A stretch of 64,000 nt of DNA from an uncultured cyanobacterium. GTDB lineage: Bacteria; Cyanobacteriota; Cyanobacteriia; Cyanobacteriales; Nostocaceae. The stretch covers positions 64,001 through 128,000 of the forward strand of contig CAVUDP010000002.1 of assembly GCA_963740315.1 (NCBI GenBank), written 5' to 3'. Of this stretch, positions 51,870 through 61,792 are shown piece by piece. Position numbers and translations under genes: made by a program. Position 1 is the first letter of the stretch. The number at the start of each line of letters is the position of its first letter. The notes under the pieces were generated by a model. The model was not told where the DNA came from. It did no database searches and saw nothing but the letters and a program-made list of their open reading frames with translations.

Positions 51870-52514
51870 ATGAGTACTACAAACGGCAAAATGATACAGG
51901 TAGAACAAGAAAATACATTAGAGGAATTGCAGTTATCGAATAGTGAGATATTAGCCGCGCACGAGCATGATGAAGAAGGCAATAGTATGTTTGGCTTCAT
52001 CGTTTTTCTACTTTCAGAAAGCGTAATTTTCTTAAGTTTTTTCGCGGGATATATAGTTTACAAAACAACAGCTACTGATTGGCTACCACCAGGAGTTGAA
52101 GGATTAGAAGTTAGAGAACCATTCATAAATACAGTGATTTTGGTTTCCAGTAGCTTTGTAATTTATTTCGCAGAAAAAGCATTAAAAAGTCATAATGTTT
52201 GGCTGTTCCGCCTATTTTGGCTGTTAACAATGGCGATGGGAAGTTATTTTTTGTATGGACAAGCTGTTGAATGGAATAGTCTAGAATTCGGTTTTACATC
52301 AGGTACATTCGGTGGAACGTTTTACTTATTAACTGGCTTTCACGGTTTGCACGTTTTTACTGGCGTGATGTTGCAGTTAACAATGTTAATTCGTTCTTTC
52401 ATTCCCGGTAACTATGAAAACGGTCATTTTGGCGTAGATGCAACTTCTTTATTTTGGCACTTTGTTGATGTAATTTGGATTGTTTTATTTCTACTTCTTT
52501 ATGTATGGCAGTAA
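51870..52514 (+). CDS. ctaE: heme-copper oxidase subunit III
   Basis: FLLSE, TGFHGLHV, FWHFVDVIW. Confidence 0.95.
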   Translation: MSTTNGKMIQVEQENTLEELQLSNSEILAAHEHDEEGNSMFGFIVFLLSESVIFLSFFAGYIVYKTTATDWLPPGVEGLEVREPFINTVILVSSSFVIYFAEKALKSHNVWLFRLFWLLTMAMGSYFLYGQAVEWNSLEFGFTSGTFGGTFYLLTGFHGLHVFTGVMLQLTMLIRSFIPGNYENGHFGVDATSLFWHFVDVIWIVLFLLLYVWQ

Positions 52515-52620
52515 GAAAAGGTCAAAGTTTGTAACTATTAACTATTAACTATTAACTCCTAACTCCTAACAACTAACAACTATCAACTATCAACTAACAA
52601 CTAACAACTAACAACTAAAA

Positions 52621-54111
52621 ATGATTATTGACGACCAACATTATGATGTAATTATTATCGGTACTGGTGCTGGTGGAGGGACTTTAACCCGTAAATTAGC
52701 ATCTACTGGTAAAAAAATTCTTGTTTTGGAACAAGGAGAATTCTTAGAAAAAGAAAGTTCGCAATTGGTTGATGTGGAAGTCTTTAAAAAAGAAGATTTC
52801 TATGCACCAGAACAATGGTATGAAAAGGATGGTGACTCTTTTTATCCCCAAACGAGTTATTCGGTAGGTGGTAATACAAAAATTTATAGTGGTGTATTAC
52901 AACGGATGCGAGAAAGGGATTTTGAAAAAGTTCAGCATCAAGATGGTATTTCTCCGGAATGGAATGTGAAATACAAGGATTTTGAACCTTACTATACAGA
53001 AGCTGAAAAACTTTATCAAGTCCACGGTCAAACTGGCGATGATTTTACCGAACCCCCTCGCAGCGAAGGTTTTCCGTTTCCTATAGTTGATAGCGAACCC
53101 CAAATTGAAGATATCTGTACGAGCATTTCAAAACTTGGATTGCATCCAGCATACCTTCCGATCGGCATTGGAAATCATGGACGTACTGATTCGGAAGATA
53201 CCGGAATTTCTCCGACTATCAAAGCTTACGATAATGTAACGCTGAAAACGGATGCTAAAGTTGTATGCTTGCATACCAACCCATCAGGAAAAGAAGTTAA
53301 AGCTGTAGAAGTGCAGATTGGAGATCGCTCTTATTTGTTCATGGGAGATATTATTGTACTTTCCTGCGGTGCGATAAATTCAGCCGCGTTATTGTTACGC
53401 TCTGCGAACGAAAAACATCCCAAAGGACTTGCTAATAGTTCCGATTTGGTGGGACGCAATTTGATGAAACAGTTGATGACGGTATTAGTACAAATTACTA
53501 ACACCCCCAACTCTGGATTGTTTCAAAGAACCCGCTATATCAATGATTTTTATTGGGGTGATGAAAATTTTCCTTACCCAATGGGTCATATTCAAAATTC
53601 TGGTGGTATTCTTCAAGATGTAATTTTTGCCGAATCACCGCCAATTTTATCCGTTGCAGCTAAATTAATGCCGGGATTTGGCTTAAAACAGTTAGCAACA
53701 CGCTCTATCGGCTGGTGGTTGCAGAGTGAAGATTTACCATCACCTAAAAATCGCGTTCGGATAGAAGGTTCCAGATTATACATAGACTATACAGCTAATA
53801 ACACCGAAGCACACGACCGTTTAATTTATCGTTGGATTGACGCACTCAAAGCCGCAGACGGAAACAAACAAACTATTTATCCTCGTGGCGAAGCACCCAT
53901 TCAAGTAGTAGCGCATCAAGCTGGAACTTGTCGCTTCGGCGAAGATATAAGAACTTCAGTCCTCAACCTTAACTGTCGCACTCACGATATAGATAATCTC
54001 TACGTTGTTGATAGTAGTTTCTTCCCCTCCATCTCTGCGGTAAGTCCCGCTTTAACTGTAATTGCCAACGCTTTGCGAGTAGGAGAACATTTGATCGATC
54101 GCTTGGGGTGA
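52621..54111 (+). CDS. GMC family FAD oxidoreductase
   Basis: IIGTGAGGG, GGNTKIY, GAINSAALLLRS, HQAGTCRFG, NLYVVDSSFFPS. Confidence 0.92.
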   Translation: MIIDDQHYDVIIIGTGAGGGTLTRKLASTGKKILVLEQGEFLEKESSQLVDVEVFKKEDFYAPEQWYEKDGDSFYPQTSYSVGGNTKIYSGVLQRMRERDFEKVQHQDGISPEWNVKYKDFEPYYTEAEKLYQVHGQTGDDFTEPPRSEGFPFPIVDSEPQIEDICTSISKLGLHPAYLPIGIGNHGRTDSEDTGISPTIKAYDNVTLKTDAKVVCLHTNPSGKEVKAVEVQIGDRSYLFMGDIIVLSCGAINSAALLLRSANEKHPKGLANSSDLVGRNLMKQLMTVLVQITNTPNSGLFQRTRYINDFYWGDENFPYPMGHIQNSGGILQDVIFAESPPILSVAAKLMPGFGLKQLATRSIGWWLQSEDLPSPKNRVRIEGSRLYIDYTANNTEAHDRLIYRWIDALKAADGNKQTIYPRGEAPIQVVAHQAGTCRFGEDIRTSVLNLNCRTHDIDNLYVVDSSFFPSISAVSPALTVIANALRVGEHLIDRLG

Positions 54112-54231
54112 AGGAAAGGGAGATGGGGAAGAGGGGGTAGAGGGGGTAGAAAAATTCTTCACTCCTAACTCCCGTACATATCTGTGCATCCTACGTCTCT
54201 ACAATTCCTAACTCCGGTGGTACTAACTCCT

Positions 54232-54303
54232 CACCTTTAACCTGAATGCGCTTCTCCAAACAACACCATCGAACAATTATTAATTGATCAAAGCAATTTA
54301 TTA
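54232..54303 (+). repeat. 72-bp imperfect direct repeat, left copy (right copy 61793-61864), flanking the NRPS cassette
   Basis: 61/72 identity, ungapped, with a perfect 24-bp core ACCATCGAACAATTATTAATTGAT. Confidence 0.85.
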
Positions 54304-54350
54304 GTCACTTTTGCACGCTGTAACTGATACTTTTCACAAAGCTCATGCCA

Positions 54351-57300
54351 TCAACTTTCATTATCCAAAGCCTTGTCAATACAAGTTTTCAACCTGTCTG
54401 CTAAAACCCGTGCATGAGTTTCGTACACCATAGTATAGTGGTTCCCAGGAACTTTGATTGTATCGACAAGGTGTTGCTCCCAACCCATTAATGGGAACAG
54501 CCAACGCAGGATTTTAAAGCGGCGATCGCGAACAACCAAAGCAAGGAAAAGTGTAATCTTACCTTGGTAGCCTTGCATATGATATAATCCTTTGTTGCCT
54601 CCGACAGGGGACTTTGTGTTTTGTGCTGTTGGATGGTATGGAAGGCATCCCTCATTGGTGTTGCTTTTTAAGTGCTTATCAATAAATATCTTTGATGAGA
54701 AAGGTTTGAAGATATTCAAGGTATGTTTTGGTGTCAAATTGTCTTTGACTCTAGAGAACAACGAGTTCAACTCTCGAGTAAAACTGTGCCAAGAGCCGCG
54801 AAATAATTCCTGTGTTATTGTAAGCGCAAACAGTTCCACAGCCTGTAGTACTTTTCGCACGCAGTTGTACATCAGTGCCGAACCCGAAGTGTCCAATATG
54901 GCAAGCATTTTCACTTGTTTTCCCTGCTGCTCTAGTTGAAAAGCAACTTCATAAGCCACGAATTTGCCAAAAGAATACCCTACTACAAGATATGGGCCAG
55001 TTGGATTTATTACCAAGATATCGCGGACGTGACGAGCAGCAACGGCTTTAATATTATCTTCGGTGCGTTGCTCTTTTCTTATGAAAACCCCAAAACCGGA
55101 TTGTAACAAATAAACTGGTTGCTCCTCCCCTAGATAGTGGGCAAGGCTCGATATCTCCTTGGTAGCATTAGCGCAGTAAAACAGCGGCGGCTTATCACCT
55201 TGTGAACGGATAGCATTCATTAGAGAATCCGGTCGAAGTCGCGCTCCTTTTCTACCTGCTGCAACAGTTAATAAGGCGCGGAGGTCATCTTCATCAAGTG
55301 GTGGTAATTCTGGAGAGAGATGACAATTGGCATTATCTGCTACTTTTTTATTAGTGATAACACTGAGAATTTGTTCAATTGTTGTAAATTGAAACAACGC
55401 AGCCAAGGGCAGTTTTTTCTGAGTGACTTTTTCTATTTCTGCAACTAAGCGCACTGTTAGTAAGGAGTGGCCTCCCAATTCAAAGAAATTATCTGTTACT
55501 CCTATGGGTTGAATCCCAAGAACTTTTTCCCAGATTTGAGCTAATTGCAATTCTAAAGAGTTTCTAGGTGCGACAAAGGTTTCGGCTTGTGGCATTGAAT
55601 TATCCGGTGCCGGTAGTGCTTTTCGGTCTACTTTACCATTGGGTGTTAGAGGCAAAGCGTCTAGAACACAGAAGGCATTGGGTATCATGTATTGGGGTAA
55701 TTTCTGTTTGAGAAAGCCCCGTAGGTTGGTGATGAGAATGTCGGCGTTTTCACACTCAGAAACAACATAGGCTACTAAGCGTTTGTCTCCTGGTATATCA
55801 ACTCGTGCGATCGCCACTGCTTCTTTGACTTGGGGATATTTAGTCAGCTCCGCTTCAATTTCACACAGTTCGATACGAAAGCCACGAATTTTAACTTGGT
55901 TATCGATACGACTTATATATTCAATGTTGCCGTCGGGCATATAGCGGGCTAAGTCACCTGTTTTATAAAGCCGCGAACCCGGTTTGCCGCAGGGATTAGG
56001 AATGAATTTTTGTGAGGTGATTTCGGGGCGGTTGAGATAACCACGAGCTAAGCCTGCACCCCCGAGATGAATTTCTCCGGGAATACCAATGGGAACAGGT
56101 TGGAGATGATTATCTAGGATGTAGATTTGGGTGTTGGCGATGGGAGTACCAATTGGGATAGTGGTGGCATTATCTGCAACTTCCTCAATTAAATACCAAG
56201 ATGAAAAAGTTGTATTCTCGGTTGGCCCATAAACATGAAGTAATTTCTCAGGCGCTCCATGTTCGAGTACCTTCTTAACCGAAGTTGGATTGACTGCTTC
56301 ACCACCAAATAAAAGATATTTTAAGGGCTTGAATGCTCCTGGAATTAGTGTTGCAAATTGATTGAATAAAGCTGTTGTCAAGAATACTACATTAATTTGC
56401 TTTTGAAGAATGTGGGTAACAAATTTTTCAGGTGAGAGAGCAACTTCTTGGGGAATTCCTACAAGTTGCGCTCCATTAACAAGAGCGCCCCAAATTTCAA
56501 AGGTTGCAGCATCAAAAGAAGCATTGGAAATTTGGGCTACTCGATCTGATGGTTCTAATTTTATATAGTTAGTATTTTTGACTAATCGGTTGATGCCCAA
56601 ATGGGTAACGGCAACTCCCTTGGGTTTTCCTGTTGAACCCGATGTGTAAATTATATAAGCTAAGTTGTCAGGTTTTGTTTGATTGACTGGGTTCTCTTGA
56701 GTTTGTGAGGCGATAGATTGCTCTACTGTGTCCAACAAAACCACCATTAAAATATTTGAGGGCAGTTTCTCAACAAACGAAGATTGTGTTAACAAAACTG
56801 AGACTTCCGAATCTTCGAGCATATAAGCAATACGCTCTTTTGGGTAGCTTGAATCTAATGGCACATAAGCCCCACCTGCTTTAAGAATCCCCAATAATCC
56901 CACCAGCATCTCAACAGAACGCTCTACACAAATCCCCACCAAAACTTCAGGAGCGACTCCTTTCGATCGCAAATAATGCGCTAGTTGATTGGCTCGGTTA
57001 TTTAACTGACGATATGTCAATCTTTCAGTATCAAAAACAACTGCAACTGCATCCGGAGTCAGTTGTACTTGTTCTTCAAATAACTGATGAATGCATTTAT
57101 CTTGGGGATAATAATTTGCTGTATTATTCCATTCAATTAGTAACTGATGTTGTTCGCCTTGTGTGAGTAAAGGTAATTGAGAAACCTGCTGTTGGGGATT
57201 GGTAACTATTCCCTCTAGCAAAACTTGGAAATGACCAGCCATTCGCTCAATGGTATTTGCGTCGAACAAATCGCTGTTATATTTAAAATGGCAAGATAAC

Positions 57301-58604
57301 CCCTCGGGCTGCTCCTCTATCTCCAAAGCCAAATCGAGCATTGCCCCTCCCGTTTCCAACTGGCAATTTTCTATTCTTAAACCTTCTAAATCTACTACCT
57401 GGCTTGGTAAATTTCTCAGTTGGAACAATACCACAAATATGGGAGTGTGACTTAAGTCTCGTTTTAATTGCAGCGATTGCACTAACTTATAAAAAGGAAT
57501 TTCCTGGTAACTATAAGCGAGATAAGCTACTTCTCGCACCTTTGCCAACAGTTTTCGAAAACTCAGGTTGCCATTTAATTGAGTGCGTAATGGTATAGTA
57601 TTAATAAATACACCAATTGCTTTTTCAGTTTCAGCGCGATCGCGACCTGCTACCGGCGTTCCGACAATAATATCTTCCTCACCTGTATAGCGATAAAGCA
57701 ATATTTGGAAAGCAGTCAACAATGTCATAAATAGCGTCACCCCTTCGTTGAGACTAAGTTCTTTGAGAGATCTCTTCAAGTTTGGAGGTAATAATAAATC
57801 AAGCTTTGCTCCTCTCCAAGTCTGCTGGGGCGATCGCATTCTATCTGTAGGTAACTCCAGTATTGGTAAATTACCACCTAATTGTTTTTTCCAGTAGTCA
57901 AGCCCAGACTCTAACCTTTCTCCCTGCAACTGCTGGCGCTGCCAAATCGCAAAGTCGGCATATTGAATTGGTAATGGCGGCAGAGATGGTGGTTTACCAC
58001 TCACAAAAGCTTGATAATATGCGGCGAGTTCTTCAAGTAAAACTCCTACTGACCAACCATCAAAGATAATGTGGTGCATACTCAGCAACAAGATATGTTC
58101 TTCTTCACTCAGTCGCAGTAACTTGGCTTGAATTAGGGGTAATTTAGATAAGTCGAATCTCTGTTGTGCTTCGGAGACTGCGATGCGTTTGATTTCTGTT
58201 TCTGGTTCCTTGAGCGCTAAATTACTTAATTCTATTATGGGCAACTTCAAAGTCAGACTCGGAGCGATCGTCTGGATTGGTTGTCCATCTACCATGGGAA
58301 AAGTTGTGCGTAAAACTTCGTGGCGACGCACAATGGAGTTAATTGCGTTTAAGAGAGCAGTTACATTCAGCGAACCTGTGAGGCGAATATTTGTAGGACG
58401 ATTATAAGCAGGATTTCCCGGTTCTAACCTATCTAATATCCACATCCACTCCTGAGAAAATGACAGGGGTGCGGACTGAGTATTTTCTCGATTAGGAATG
58501 GAAGAGTGGTTAGCATCTTTAACCTTTTGCTGGAGTTTCTGCTCTAGCAATTTACGTTTAGCTGGTGAAAGTTTAGCAATTCGTTTATTAATATCTTTCA
58601 TCAA
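54351..58604 (-). CDS. NRPS terminal module C-A-T-TE; A domain predicted Ile/Val
   Basis: C domain HHIIFDGWS; A domain YTSGSTGKPKG and YGPTE; T domain FFELGGHSL; TE domain GYSFG...PGNH. Hand-read specificity code DAFFLGVTFK. Confidence 0.95.
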   Translation of the reverse strand: MMKDINKRIAKLSPAKRKLLEQKLQQKVKDANHSSIPNRENTQSAPLSFSQEWMWILDRLEPGNPAYNRPTNIRLTGSLNVTALLNAINSIVRRHEVLRTTFPMVDGQPIQTIAPSLTLKLPIIELSNLALKEPETEIKRIAVSEAQQRFDLSKLPLIQAKLLRLSEEEHILLLSMHHIIFDGWSVGVLLEELAAYYQAFVSGKPPSLPPLPIQYADFAIWQRQQLQGERLESGLDYWKKQLGGNLPILELPTDRMRSPQQTWRGAKLDLLLPPNLKRSLKELSLNEGVTLFMTLLTAFQILLYRYTGEEDIIVGTPVAGRDRAETEKAIGVFINTIPLRTQLNGNLSFRKLLAKVREVAYLAYSYQEIPFYKLVQSLQLKRDLSHTPIFVVLFQLRNLPSQVVDLEGLRIENCQLETGGAMLDLALEIEEQPEGLSCHFKYNSDLFDANTIERMAGHFQVLLEGIVTNPQQQVSQLPLLTQGEQHQLLIEWNNTANYYPQDKCIHQLFEEQVQLTPDAVAVVFDTERLTYRQLNNRANQLAHYLRSKGVAPEVLVGICVERSVEMLVGLLGILKAGGAYVPLDSSYPKERIAYMLEDSEVSVLLTQSSFVEKLPSNILMVVLLDTVEQSIASQTQENPVNQTKPDNLAYIIYTSGSTGKPKGVAVTHLGINRLVKNTNYIKLEPSDRVAQISNASFDAATFEIWGALVNGAQLVGIPQEVALSPEKFVTHILQKQINVVFLTTALFNQFATLIPGAFKPLKYLLFGGEAVNPTSVKKVLEHGAPEKLLHVYGPTENTTFSSWYLIEEVADNATTIPIGTPIANTQIYILDNHLQPVPIGIPGEIHLGGAGLARGYLNRPEITSQKFIPNPCGKPGSRLYKTGDLARYMPDGNIEYISRIDNQVKIRGFRIELCEIEAELTKYPQVKEAVAIARVDIPGDKRLVAYVVSECENADILITNLRGFLKQKLPQYMIPNAFCVLDALPLTPNGKVDRKALPAPDNSMPQAETFVAPRNSLELQLAQIWEKVLGIQPIGVTDNFFELGGHSLLTVRLVAEIEKVTQKKLPLAALFQFTTIEQILSVITNKKVADNANCHLSPELPPLDEDDLRALLTVAAGRKGARLRPDSLMNAIRSQGDKPPLFYCANATKEISSLAHYLGEEQPVYLLQSGFGVFIRKEQRTEDNIKAVAARHVRDILVINPTGPYLVVGYSFGKFVAYEVAFQLEQQGKQVKMLAILDTSGSALMYNCVRKVLQAVELFALTITQELFRGSWHSFTRELNSLFSRVKDNLTPKHTLNIFKPFSSKIFIDKHLKSNTNEGCLPYHPTAQNTKSPVGGNKGLYHMQGYQGKITLFLALVVRDRRFKILRWLFPLMGWEQHLVDTIKVPGNHYTMVYETHARVLADRLKTCIDKALDNES

Positions 58605-58753
58605 TAATAATTACAGTATTTTTACTAGTACGAGATCCATCCTGATGATTATTTTTTATCCGATAAGAATAACTACGATTCTTCATTTTTAGCTCTAGCT
58701 ACCGAAGCTTACCCTGGTTAGCAAAATGTATCAAAATAATTGGAAAAAAGGTA

Positions 58754-59588
58754 TTAGGCTTTATTTCTCAAAGCCAGATTTTCATTCAAAAGAGCAGTAC
58801 ATTCCGGCACACCCACTTGTTGTTTTAGCAACAACCCATCTGTTTCTTTTAAGATTTTCATTTGCGCTTCAATTCCCTCTTGAGCCGCAAACAAACAAGG
58901 GGTACTGTAATTCACTAGAGAAACTCCCGCATCCTTCAATTCACTCAAACTACAAGCAGGAGATTTTCCTCCCGCCCTGTTGGTTAAATACCAAAGGTTT
59001 ATCTACTTTAGTTTTTAAAATTCTAATAACTTCTAAATCCTTAATACCATCAGCTAATATCGCATCAGCACCCACCTGTGCAAATGCTGAAGCTATAAAG
59101 ATAATTTCATCAAGTTCGCTCGCATCGGTTCGGGCTACTACAAAAAACTCTTTTCGAGTTACCAAAACTTTTTTAAGCTTGTCTAGAAACTCCTCTAAAT
59201 CCATCAATATTTTACCGTCAACATGACCGCATCTTCTCGGTCGTTTTTGGTCTTCAATAATTACCCCATCTGCCCCTATAGACTCCAATATGCTAACTAC
59301 ATGACAAGCCACTTCACTATCTACATAACCGTCATCAATATCGACGAGAATATAAGAATTGGGAAGAATAGTTTTAACCCTTTGTACAAAGGCAACCACA
59401 TCTGACCAAGCAATAAATCCAATATCTGGTAAACCATAAAAGCTGGCTGCAAAACCAAAACCGCTGATAAATATCCCGTCGTAATATTTGGCCGCAATTG
59501 CAGCTGAAAAAACATCATAAACTCCGATAAAGGGAAAGATATCTCTTTGTTGCAATTGCTGCTGCAATGTCCTGCGGTTATCTATCAT
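58754..59588 (-). pseudogene. isocitrate lyase/PEP mutase superfamily enzyme (lyase branch, RCGH loop) with +1 frameshift near 58978
   Basis: SGFGFAAS..GLPD, VDIDDGY, IEDQKRPRRCGH, VARTDA. Removing one G of caGGGcg gives FNQQAGGKSPACSLSELKDAG, which joins the two ORFs. Confidence 0.85.
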
Positions 59589-59634
59589 TCTTCTCTCTTA
59601 AAAAGTAAAATTACCAATTGTTTTATCGACTTTA

Positions 59635-61539
59635 TTATTGATTATTCAGCAGAGTTTCTGCTTGCGTATCCGAGAGAGATTCTAGTTCCTCTAACATGGC
59701 AGACATCTCGCTATCCTCAATCATTTCTGCTTGTTTTTCATTAATTAAATCTGCCATTATCGCTACAGTTGCTTCCTGAAAAAAGAACAGAAACGATAAC
59801 TCAATATTCATAACTTCTCTGACCTGATTGACAATTCTCGTTGCCAAAATAGAATCTCCTCCCAATTGGAAGAAGTTATCGTAAATACCCACTTTATCTA
59901 TTCCTAAAATCTCCGACCAAATTGTCACCAACTCTACTTGTATTGGTGTCTGTGGTGGAACATAATCATTATGAGTGATTGTCGGATCCGAAGCACTTAA
60001 TCCCAACTTTTCGGCTAAACCTATGCGTTGTCTTTTGCCAGTAGGACCTTTAGGAATTTCCGAAACAAAAAGCACCACACGAGGCACTTTAAAATCAGCC
60101 AATTTAGAAGCTACAAATTCTTTAATTTCTAATTCTGTTACTGATGCTCCTTCTTGCAAGACTACAGCAGCAGCTACATCTTCACCTAATAAAGTATGGG
60201 GTGCGGCAAAGGTGACAACCTGCTCAATAGCCGGATGATCTAAAAGCACTTCATCCACTTCACGGGGAGAAATCTTTTCACCACCACGATTAATAATTTC
60301 TTTAATTCTACCTTTGAGGAAAAGATAGTTCTCCTCATCTAAATAACCCAAGTCTCCCGTGCGAAACCAACCATTGGTAAACGCACTTTGATTGGCATCC
60401 GTGTTGTTGTGATAGCCAGAGGTGACATTAGCACCTCGAATAACTACTTCTCCTACCTCACCGAGTGGTAGTAAATTGCCCGTCTCATCCATAATCGTGA
60501 CTTCTGGCCCCGCTGCAACTCCCACCGAACCGGGTTTGCGAGTTTTAGGCGGTAGGGGATTGCTAGCCATCTGATGGGAAGCTTCAGTCATGCCATAAGA
60601 TTCGATTACTGGAGCTTGGAATTCTGCTTCTAACTCATTCATTACCTGGGGTGGTAAGGGAGCCGAAGAAGAGCGGATCAAGCGAATTGGACATTTCATC
60701 CGGTGCTGGCGGTTATCTCCAGCCCTTGCCAAAATCCCTTGGTGCATGGTAGGAACTGCTGAATACCAAGTAGGGCGAAATTCTGCTAACCAATCAAAAA
60801 ATTTGGGCGCGTCAAAACCGGGAGTACAAACTACACTCCCACCCGCACTTAGAGATGATAGTATTGCCCCCATAAGTCCGTGAATATGGAATAGGGGCAT
60901 CACGTTCAGACAGCGATCGTTCTCGACTAGATTCAAAGCGATGCGAATATTTTCGGCAGAGGTGCAGAGGTTGTTGCCCGTGAGTGGCACCATTTTGGGA
61001 CGGGAGGTAGTCCCAGAAGTATGTAGTACTAAAGCTATATCTTCGGGTTGGGCAATGCCATCCATTGCCGGACTTTTGGGTTCTCCACCTGTTAGTTGAA
61101 AAAGTCCCGCTGCTTCTGAGACAGGAGAGAGTTCCACAAGGGGAATACCTCTTTTTTTCGCTACTTCTACTGCGAAGGTAGCAACTCCCGATTGAAAGAT
61201 CAGGGCTTTGGCATCCAAATCCGATAGATAAAAATCGTATTCCGATTGACGATAATTGGGATTGAGAGGGGCACAAGTAGCACAAGAGGCAATAGTTAAA
61301 AAAGCTACAGCCATCTCTGCACCGTTGGGCAGAGCGATCGCCACTCGGTCGTTACGACCGATACCTATTGCGTTTAACTTGAAAAGCACATCGGTTACAG
61401 CATCAAATAAGCGACTGTAGGTCAGAGGTGGCCGACCGGCAGCTATAATAGCTATGTCTTGGGGATTTTTCTTTGCGTTGCCTTCAAGCAGATGGTATAT
61501 ACTTAAATTCTCTACAGAGCGGGTTTTTGAGAATGTCAT
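59635..61539 (-). CDS. oxalate-CoA ligase (AAE3/Pcs60)-like adenylation domain fused to a carrier (T) domain; NRPS loading protein
   Basis: LHTSGTTSRPK, PLFHIHGL, TWYSAVPTMHQ, IRSSSAPL, YGMTEASHQMASNPLP. T domain FFQLGGDSI. Acidic C-terminal helix. Confidence 0.85.
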   Translation of the reverse strand: MTFSKTRSVENLSIYHLLEGNAKKNPQDIAIIAAGRPPLTYSRLFDAVTDVLFKLNAIGIGRNDRVAIALPNGAEMAVAFLTIASCATCAPLNPNYRQSEYDFYLSDLDAKALIFQSGVATFAVEVAKKRGIPLVELSPVSEAAGLFQLTGGEPKSPAMDGIAQPEDIALVLHTSGTTSRPKMVPLTGNNLCTSAENIRIALNLVENDRCLNVMPLFHIHGLMGAILSSLSAGGSVVCTPGFDAPKFFDWLAEFRPTWYSAVPTMHQGILARAGDNRQHRMKCPIRLIRSSSAPLPPQVMNELEAEFQAPVIESYGMTEASHQMASNPLPPKTRKPGSVGVAAGPEVTIMDETGNLLPLGEVGEVVIRGANVTSGYHNNTDANQSAFTNGWFRTGDLGYLDEENYLFLKGRIKEIINRGGEKISPREVDEVLLDHPAIEQVVTFAAPHTLLGEDVAAAVVLQEGASVTELEIKEFVASKLADFKVPRVVLFVSEIPKGPTGKRQRIGLAEKLGLSASDPTITHNDYVPPQTPIQVELVTIWSEILGIDKVGIYDNFFQLGGDSILATRIVNQVREVMNIELSFLFFFQEATVAIMADLINEKQAEMIEDSEMSAMLEELESLSDTQAETLLNNQ

Positions 61540-61792
61540 CTTCTGTTAATAAGCGGAACTGGTAATTTAACCGAAAAAGGTGGCTTAACCTCAAAATAAA
61601 TCAAGATATGAAAAATACATATCTTACTTACTAACGTATAAATTACATCAAAGATAAAAGTAATTCCGTACAAAAAAATACATTAAGATAAGTATTTTTA
61701 CTGAAATCGATAAAAATAGTTTTTATAATAGCTAACAAGCAATTTCTTCTTCAGATAAGGTCAACCAACAGCGTTGCTCAGGAGTCTGATTG

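Noticed and set aside
58754..59588. PEP mutase / phosphonate cluster
   Set aside because: The loop is EDQKRPRRCGH (lyase type), not the PepM EDKxxxxxNS motif, and no phosphonopyruvate decarboxylase is nearby.
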